Part shown: positions 57,815-64,000 of the stretch, in pieces
Layout: each line of letters begins with the position of its first letter
How positions within the stretch are numbered: position 1 is the stretch's first letter
NCBI GenBank assembly: GCA_965250285.1
Contig: OZ252299.1
Location: 2,144,001 to 2,208,000 of the forward strand
Length of the DNA: 64,000 bases
From: Myxococcota bacterium
GTDB lineage: Bacteria; Myxococcota_A; UBA9160; UBA4427
Direction of reading: 5' to 3'
Position numbers and translations under genes: made by a program
The notes under the pieces: generated by a model
Told to the model about the DNA's origin: nothing
Seen by the model: only the letters and a program-made list of their open reading frames with translations
The model's database searches: none

Positions 57815-59386
57815 TCAGATCGAGCGGGCCTGATCCTTCCAGTAGCGGTCCCGCAGCAGACGCTTGTAGAGCTTGCCCGTCTCGTGGCGGGGCAGCGCCG
57901 CTTCGAAGTCGACGCTGCGCGGCACCTTGTAGCCCGCCAGATGATCGCGGCAGTGGTCTTTGATCGACTGCTCGAGCTCGGCCGACGGCTCGACCCCGGC
58001 CATCAGCTCGACCGCCGCCTTCACCTCTTCACCAAACTCGTCGTTCGGGATCCCGAAGACCGCGGCATCGGCGATCTGGGGGTGCGAGACCAGGACGCCC
58101 TCGATCTCGGCGGGATAGATGTTCACGCCGCCCGAGATGATCATGTCGATCTTGCGGTCGGACAGAAAGAGGTAGCCCTCGTCGTCGACGTAGCCGATGT
58201 CGCCCACGGTGAAGACGCCCGGTTCGCGGTGGGCGGCCGCCGTCTTCTCGGGATCCTTGTGATACTCGAAGTCGCTGCCCATCTTGTTGCGGAAGTACAG
58301 CTGACCCGGCTCACCGGTCTCGGCCGGCGACCCGTCTTCGCGGATCACCATGACCTCCATGTTGTCGACCGCCTTGCCGAGGCTTCCCGGGTGTGCGAGC
58401 CACTCTTCGGCCGTGATCGACGAGACGATCGCCCCCTCTGTGCTGCCGTAGTACTCGCTGACCTTGGGCCCCCACCAGTCGATCATCTGGCGCTTGACCT
58501 CCGGTGAGCACGGCGCCGCCCCGTGCCAGACGATCTGCAGGCTGTCGCCCTTGAACGCCGCGCGCTTGTCTGCGCCGACGCGCAGCAGCCGCACGAACTG
58601 CGTCGGCACGAGGTGCGTATTCGTCACGCCATGGCGATCGATCAGCTCGAGCGCTTCTTCGGGATCGAACTTGTGGCGCATCAGCACGGTGAGCCCGGCG
58701 AGCATCGGCAGGAACGAGAACGCCCACTGCGCCGAGTGGTACACCGGTCCGTTGAGATACGTCACGCCGCCCTCGGGCAGGCCCAGCGTGCTTGCCATCG
58801 ACTGCCCGACCATCGGCATCACGTGCACGGGCAAGGCGCCCGAGAAGGTCGAGCTCACGACGCCCTTCGGTCGACCGGTGGTGCCCGACGTGTAGAACAT
58901 CGGTCCGCCCGCCTCCTGGTCTTCGGGCTCGGCGTCGCTCGATGCGGCGAGGACCGCTTCGTAGTCGTCGAAGCCCTCGGGCGGGGCAGCCCCGCGCAGG
59001 CCCATCACCGCCTTCAGGCCGAGCCGGGGCGCGTCGTTCCGGGCGACCGTTTCGGCCGCGAGCTCGGCGAAGCGTGCGCCGACCAGCAGGGCCTTCGAGT
59101 CGCTGTTGTCGAGGACATAGGCCACCTCTTCGGCGTGGAAGTGCCAGTTGATCGGCACGAAGCGGGTGCCGGTATGCGTCGCGGCGGCCATCGCCTCGAA
59201 GTACTCGCGGCGATTCCCTGAGAGAACGGCGAACGCGTCGCCCTTCTGCACCCCCGCGCCGCGCAGCGCATGGATCAGGCGGTTGACCCGCAGATCGAAG
59301 TCGGCCCAGCAGGTCTCACCGAACTCGTCGATGACGGCGGGCTCGACGCCTCGCTTCTCGGCAATCGGGGCGAAGATCGTCGTCAT
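57815..59386 (-). CDS. Acyl-CoA synthetase (AMP-binding)
   Basis: YTSGTTGRPKGV, YYGSTEG, GDIG, DRKIDMIISGGVNIYPAEIE, TGKL. Confidence 0.93.
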   Translation of the reverse strand: MTTIFAPIAEKRGVEPAVIDEFGETCWADFDLRVNRLIHALRGAGVQKGDAFAVLSGNRREYFEAMAAATHTGTRFVPINWHFHAEEVAYVLDNSDSKALLVGARFAELAAETVARNDAPRLGLKAVMGLRGAAPPEGFDDYEAVLAASSDAEPEDQEAGGPMFYTSGTTGRPKGVVSSTFSGALPVHVMPMVGQSMASTLGLPEGGVTYLNGPVYHSAQWAFSFLPMLAGLTVLMRHKFDPEEALELIDRHGVTNTHLVPTQFVRLLRVGADKRAAFKGDSLQIVWHGAAPCSPEVKRQMIDWWGPKVSEYYGSTEGAIVSSITAEEWLAHPGSLGKAVDNMEVMVIREDGSPAETGEPGQLYFRNKMGSDFEYHKDPEKTAAAHREPGVFTVGDIGYVDDEGYLFLSDRKIDMIISGGVNIYPAEIEGVLVSHPQIADAAVFGIPNDEFGEEVKAAVELMAGVEPSAELEQSIKDHCRDHLAGYKVPRSVDFEAALPRHETGKLYKRLLRDRYWKDQARSI

Positions 59387-59391
59387 GGCTC

Positions 59392-60234
59392 CTACTCCTC
59401 TTGCGTCGGCGGCTCGCCGTACACGGCGCGAATGGCTTCGCCGGCATCGAATCGCGCCTGCACGGCGTCCATCTGCTCGATCGCGTCTTCGGTGCGCGCG
59501 ACCTCTTGAAAGCGACTTTGCTCGAGCGCGAGCGCTTCGTCGAGCGGCAGCTGCTCGGCCTCCTGCAGCAGCCGCTTCATGGCCCGCTGGGGTGCATGGG
59601 GCTGGGCGGCCAGATGACGTGCCCACTCGAGCGCGACCCGGGTGGCCTGCCCGGCCGGCACGACTCGGTTGATCGCCCCCAGCGCGTGCAGCCGGTGCGC
59701 CGTCAATGGCCGCCCGTCGTAGATCATCTCGGCGGCCGCGGTCCGGCCGATCAGCCGTGCGAGGCGCACGGTGCCACCCAAACCGGTCGTGAGGCCGATC
59801 TGCACCTCGGGCTGGCCGATCGCGACCTGCTCTTCGGCCACGCGCAGGTCGCAGGCCCAGCCGAGCTCGGCGCCCCCGCCGTTGGCATCGCCGTTCATGG
59901 CCGCGATCGAGACGACGTCTGGATGACCGAGCTCGGCCACCGCGGTGAAGAACCCCACGCCTGCGCCCGTCGTCGGCTCACCGCGAAACAGGCTCAGCAG
60001 GTCGCGCAGCCAGGCGTGCTGGAACCAGTGTCCGGGCGTCGCCGATGCGAGCACGTGGACACGGGCACCGCCCTCGCGCGCTTCCTTCAACGCATCGGCG
60101 AGCTGATCGACGCCGGCGAACGTGCCGTGGTTGCGCAGCTCGGGGTGATGCCAGGTGATGAGCGCGACGCCGTCGCTCGGTCGCTCGAGCGTGATGACCT
60201 GACGCGCTCCGATCGCTTCGATCGATTCGCTCAC
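59392..60234 (-). CDS. Enoyl-CoA hydratase/isomerase family protein
   Basis: IAAMNG..NGGGAELGWACD, QPEVQIG, GGTVRLARLIG. Confidence 0.85.
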   Translation of the reverse strand: MSESIEAIGARQVITLERPSDGVALITWHHPELRNHGTFAGVDQLADALKEAREGGARVHVLASATPGHWFQHAWLRDLLSLFRGEPTTGAGVGFFTAVAELGHPDVVSIAAMNGDANGGGAELGWACDLRVAEEQVAIGQPEVQIGLTTGLGGTVRLARLIGRTAAAEMIYDGRPLTAHRLHALGAINRVVPAGQATRVALEWARHLAAQPHAPQRAMKRLLQEAEQLPLDEALALEQSRFQEVARTEDAIEQMDAVQARFDAGEAIRAVYGEPPTQEE

Positions 60235-61094
60235 GGGTTGAGCCAGTCGGCCAGCGCCGACGTCGCGAGCGCCCGACCCTGCTCGGTGCCCGCCTCGAGC
60301 GCGGGCTCGATGAAGGCCGGATTCATGAGGTCGTCGCCCATGCGCTCGGCCTCGCGCTCGCCGGGCAACACGGCGTGGGACCAGATGCCTTTCGCCTCGA
60401 GCCCATCGAGTTCGACACGCAGGGCGCGCTGCGAGAGCGGACCGACGACGCCCATGCGGTCACACATCGGCGCGACCACGAGCACACGATCGGCGCCGCG
60501 CTCGCCGGCGAGATCGGCGCTCGTACCGCTGCGCACGCCGCCATCCATCCAGAGCGCGCCGTCGAAGGGGATCGGAGGAAAGACCCCCGGGATCGCGCAC
60601 GACGCGGCGATGGCAGAGGCCAGGGGCACGCCCGATGCACGGTCGACGCCGCGGTGCCGCCCGGTCGCCACGTCCACCACGACCGCGACGTAGTCGGTCT
60701 CGGGCCAGTCCGCGACACCACAGTGTCCGCCCGTCTGCGCGATCCAGGCCTCGGGTGCGCACGCGGGCGCCGCGCTCGCCTCTCGACCGATCTCGCGTGC
60801 GACGTCCTCGCTCATCAGGTCGACCGACGTCCAGGCCTTCATGATCCGGTCATAGGCCGCGAGGTCGATGCCCCCTTCGGGCAAAGGCAGCCCTGCCTCG
60901 GGCGGCTCGAGTGCATCGGCGAGGTCGTGACCCGCGGCCACGCGCACGCCGACCATGCTGCCCGCCGACGTCCCGATCACGAGGTCGGCATCGCGCGTGT
61001 CGATGCCTCCGTCGCGAAGGCCGAGCAGCACGCCGGTCTCCCAGGCGATGCCGACCAGCCCACCTCCGCCCAGAACCAGCGCGCGCTTGCTCAT
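60231..61094 (-). CDS. Patatin-like phospholipase
   Basis: LVLGGGG, GTSAG, ASCAIPGVFPP, DGG. Confidence 0.9.
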   Translation of the reverse strand: MSKRALVLGGGGLVGIAWETGVLLGLRDGGIDTRDADLVIGTSAGSMVGVRVAAGHDLADALEPPEAGLPLPEGGIDLAAYDRIMKAWTSVDLMSEDVAREIGREASAAPACAPEAWIAQTGGHCGVADWPETDYVAVVVDVATGRHRGVDRASGVPLASAIAASCAIPGVFPPIPFDGALWMDGGVRSGTSADLAGERGADRVLVVAPMCDRMGVVGPLSQRALRVELDGLEAKGIWSHAVLPGEREAERMGDDLMNPAFIEPALEAGTEQGRALATSALADWLNP

Positions 61095-61276
61095 CGAGAT
61101 CCCTCCACGCCTCGCACCGACCTCCGTCGAGATCGCCGACGATAGCAGCGGCGGGCTCGACGATGCGGGCGACCGCGTATCGAGAATCCGCAGAAAGCGC
61201 GGGGGGTTCCAGCCCGACCGACGGTGATCGGGTAAGCTCCCGCCCGCCCCGCACCCGTGAAAGGAAAGAAGCCGGC

Positions 61277-62296
61277 GTGGAAGACCGACAGGTGCTGCTC
61301 GAGGACGCCCGAGCCCAGATCGACGCGGCCCCCGATGCCGAAGCCGTGAAGGCCGTCGAGCGCGCGTTCACCGGAAAGAAGGGCAGCGTGTCGGCGTTGA
61401 TGGCCCAGATTCCGACGCTCCCGCCCGAGGAGCGCAAGGCATTCGGCCAGTCGGTCAACGAGCTGAAGCGCGCGATTCAGGATCAAGTGCAGGCGCGCCT
61501 CGCCGCACTGGCGGCCGCCGAGCTCGCGAGCGACCGAGAAGCCTCGGGGTTCGACCCGACCCTACCGCCGCCGCGCCAGTCTCGCGGCTCGCTGCACCCG
61601 ATCACGCAGGTGACGCGCGAGCTCGAAGACCTGTTCGAATCGATGGGGTACGAGGTGCTCGATGGTCCGGAGGTCGAGCTCGACTTCTACAACTTCGAAG
61701 CGCTGAACATCCCCGCTGATCACCCGGCCCGCGATAGTCAGGACACATTCTTCTGCGATGAAGCCGGCAAGCTGGTGATGCGCACGCACACGTCGCCCGT
61801 GCAGGTGCGCGCCATGGAGCGACTGAAGCCGCCCTTCCGTGTCGTCGCGCCCGGCAAGTGCTTTCGTCAGGAAACCACCGACGCCACCCATGATCACACC
61901 TTCCACCAGATGGAGGGCCTGGTCGTCGGCAAGGACATCTCGGTCGCCCATCTGATCGGCGCCATGAAGACGCTGCTGGCCGGCATCTTCGAACGCGAGC
62001 TCGATGTTCGCATGCGGCCGGGCTTCTTTCCGTTCGTCGAGCCGGGCTTCGAGCTCGATGCGCGCTGCCCGTTCTGCACCGACGGCTGCAGCGTCTGCAA
62101 GGGGACGACCTGGATCGAGCTCCTACCCTGCGGCCTCGTGCACCCGAACGTCCTGCGCGCGGGTGGGCTCGATCCCGACGAGTGGAGCGGCTTTGCGTTC
62201 GGCCTCGGCCTGTCGCGCCTCGTGATGCTGCGGGAACAGATCGACGACATCCGCCACATGCTCTCGGGCAACGTGCGCTTCCTGGAGCAGTTCTAG
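61277..62296 (+). CDS. pheS: Phenylalanine--tRNA ligase alpha subunit
   Basis: GSLHP, YNFEALNIPADHPAR, RTHTSPVQ, FHQMEGL, FPFVEP, GFAFGLG. Confidence 0.96.
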   Translation: MEDRQVLLEDARAQIDAAPDAEAVKAVERAFTGKKGSVSALMAQIPTLPPEERKAFGQSVNELKRAIQDQVQARLAALAAAELASDREASGFDPTLPPPRQSRGSLHPITQVTRELEDLFESMGYEVLDGPEVELDFYNFEALNIPADHPARDSQDTFFCDEAGKLVMRTHTSPVQVRAMERLKPPFRVVAPGKCFRQETTDATHDHTFHQMEGLVVGKDISVAHLIGAMKTLLAGIFERELDVRMRPGFFPFVEPGFELDARCPFCTDGCSVCKGTTWIELLPCGLVHPNVLRAGGLDPDEWSGFAFGLGLSRLVMLREQIDDIRHMLSGNVRFLEQF

Positions 62297-64000
62297 ATGT
62301 ACGTCTCGATCAAGTGGCTGAAGCGGCACGTCGACCTGGGCGGACTCTCCGCCGAGCAGATCTGCGACGACCTGACGCTGTCGACCGCCGAGGTCGAAGG
62401 GCTCGAGCCCTTCGCGCCGTGGCTCGGGGACGTCACCGTCGGCCTCGTGAAGACGCGTGAGCCCCACCCCGACGCCGACAAGCTCTCGGTCTGCACGGTC
62501 GACATCGGCGGCGACGAGGCGCTCACCATCGTGTGCGGGGCGCCCAACGTCGATGCGGGCCAGAAGGTCGCCGTGGCGACCGTGGGCACCGTGTTGCCGG
62601 GCGACTTCAAGATCAAGAAGTCGAAGATTCGCGGCGTGCCGAGCCAGGGCATGATCTGCGCGCTCGACGAGCTCGGGCTGGGAGACGATCACGAGGGCAT
62701 CTGGGTGCTGCCGGGCGACGTCGCGGTCGGCGAGTCGCTGGCGAAGGCCATGGATCTCGAAGACCACGTCATCGAGATCGACAACAAGTCGCTCACGCAT
62801 CGCCCCGACCTGTGGGGCCATCGCGGCATCGCCGGCGAGCTCGCCGCGATCTACCGCCGCGACCTGCGCTCGATCGACCTGACACTGCCCGCCACCGGCG
62901 ACGCGCCCGGCTGCCCGGTGAAGATCGAGTCGCCCGCGTGCTCCAAGTATCTCGCCCTCGAGATCGCAGGCGCGCGCGCCCTGCCCTCGCCGCTGTGGAT
63001 GCAGGCGCTGCTCCTCGCCGTCGGTCAACGGCCGATCGATCAGCTGGTCGACCTCTCGAACTTCGTGATGCTCGACCTCGGCCAGCCGAACCACACCTTC
63101 GATCGTCGAGCGATCGGCGACGACGGCATCGTGGTGCGCCAGGCGCACGCGGGCGAGACTCTCCGCACACTCGACGACGAAGAACGCGCGCTCGTCGACA
63201 CCGACCTCCTGATCTGCGCCGGCGACACGCCGGTCGCGCTCGCCGGCATCATGGGCGGCGAGGGGTCGAAGGTTGAAGGCGACACCGACGCACTCGTGCT
63301 CGAGGTCGCAACGTTCGACCCGACGGTGGTGCGCCGCACTTCTGCGCGGCTGGCCCTGCGCACCGACTCGTCGGCGCGCTTCGAGAAGAGCCTCGACCCG
63401 ACGCTGCCAGCCCGCGCCGCCGCGCATTTCGTGCGGCTGCTCGCCGAGCTGCAGCCCGAAGTGACGCTGCCCTCGAAGCTCACCGAGGTCGGCGACGGCG
63501 TCGACCCGGCGTTCAGCCTGAGGCTGCGCACCGATCACGTCCGCCGATCCCTCGGCAAGGCCGTCGACGACGCCGAGATTCGCGACATCCTCGAGCGCCT
63601 CGGCTTCGGCGTGCGCGACGTCGAAGAGGGTTTCGAGGTCGCCGTGCCGTCGGCCCGCGCGACCAAGGACATCGGCATCGAGCGCGACCTCGTCGAAGAG
63701 GTCGGACGCATCCATCGATACGGTGAGATCGAGCCGGCGGCGATGGCGTTCGATCTGGTGCCGCCCCCGCGCAACGACCGACGCCGGCTCGTGCGCCAGA
63801 TCCAGGACCGACTCGCGGGCGGTGCACGTTTCCACGAAGTGATCGCCTACTCGTTCGTGCATGACGATCTGGTGAAGAAACTCGGTCAAGAAGATCTCGG
63901 CTACGTGCGCGTGATCAACCCCGTCGTGCAGGGCGAGGAGCGCGTGCGCCGCTCGGTCGTCGCGAGCCTGCTCGCGCCGCTCGAAGCCAACCGTCGAGGC
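62297..64000 (+). CDS. pheT: Phenylalanine--tRNA ligase beta subunit (runs off the window end)
   Basis: ATG immediately after the pheS stop; HPDADKL, IVCGAPNV, KIRGVPSQGMIC, THRPDL, TDSSARFEK, DLVEEVGRI. Confidence 0.95.
   Translation, partial: MYVSIKWLKRHVDLGGLSAEQICDDLTLSTAEVEGLEPFAPWLGDVTVGLVKTREPHPDADKLSVCTVDIGGDEALTIVCGAPNVDAGQKVAVATVGTVLPGDFKIKKSKIRGVPSQGMICALDELGLGDDHEGIWVLPGDVAVGESLAKAMDLEDHVIEIDNKSLTHRPDLWGHRGIAGELAAIYRRDLRSIDLTLPATGDAPGCPVKIESPACSKYLALEIAGARALPSPLWMQALLLAVGQRPIDQLVDLSNFVMLDLGQPNHTFDRRAIGDDGIVVRQAHAGETLRTLDDEERALVDTDLLICAGDTPVALAGIMGGEGSKVEGDTDALVLEVATFDPTVVRRTSARLALRTDSSARFEKSLDPTLPARAAAHFVRLLAELQPEVTLPSKLTEVGDGVDPAFSLRLRTDHVRRSLGKAVDDAEIRDILERLGFGVRDVEEGFEVAVPSARATKDIGIERDLVEEVGRIHRYGEIEPAAMAFDLVPPPRNDRRRLVRQIQDRLAGGARFHEVIAYSFVHDDLVKKLGQEDLGYVRVINPVVQGEERVRRSVVASLLAPLEANRRG

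Noticed and set aside
61095..61276. pheM-type attenuator or T-box before pheS
   Set aside because: No Phe-rich leader peptide, T-box motif or U-tailed hairpin seen
62123..63889. 588-aa minus-strand ORF
   Set aside because: Antisense to pheT, which is missing from the ORF track only because it runs off the window

Overview
A high-GC (roughly 70% by eye) chromosomal segment from a diderm bacterium, shown by the PEP-CTERM protein, outer-membrane barrels and lipoproteins. A Myxococcota-like lineage is my inference. About 56 genes encode catabolism (TauD dioxygenases, GH1, sulfatases, crotonases, acyl-CoA ligase, steroid-type acyl-CoA dehydrogenases) and housekeeping (pcm, alkA, RNA methyltransferases, DnaJ-type chaperone, gap, pheS-pheT). 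I found no rRNA, tRNA, CRISPR array or mobile element. The standout is a five-gene minus-strand operon (8950->4038). It encodes a single-domain globin; a NirB-like NADH:flavoprotein with a BFD [2Fe-2S] domain fused to a predicted di-haem-b membrane domain but no sirohaem domain; an 11-haem cytochrome c; a DUF3365-like haem lipoprotein; and a cytochrome c5 lipoprotein. Upstream are candidate NtrC-like enhancer sites, a sigma54-like promoter and an ANTAR-like leader, which suggests an undescribed nitrogen-regulated transmembrane nitrite/NO-reducing system. Other notable items are a perfect KstR-type operator before a FadE26/FadE27-like pair, recurrent leaderless-gene signatures, a motif-dead CCA-enzyme homologue, a PEP-CTERM/TPR-barrel/FecR operon and several intergenic tandem repeats. 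All calls come from reading motifs by eye; no database searches were run.
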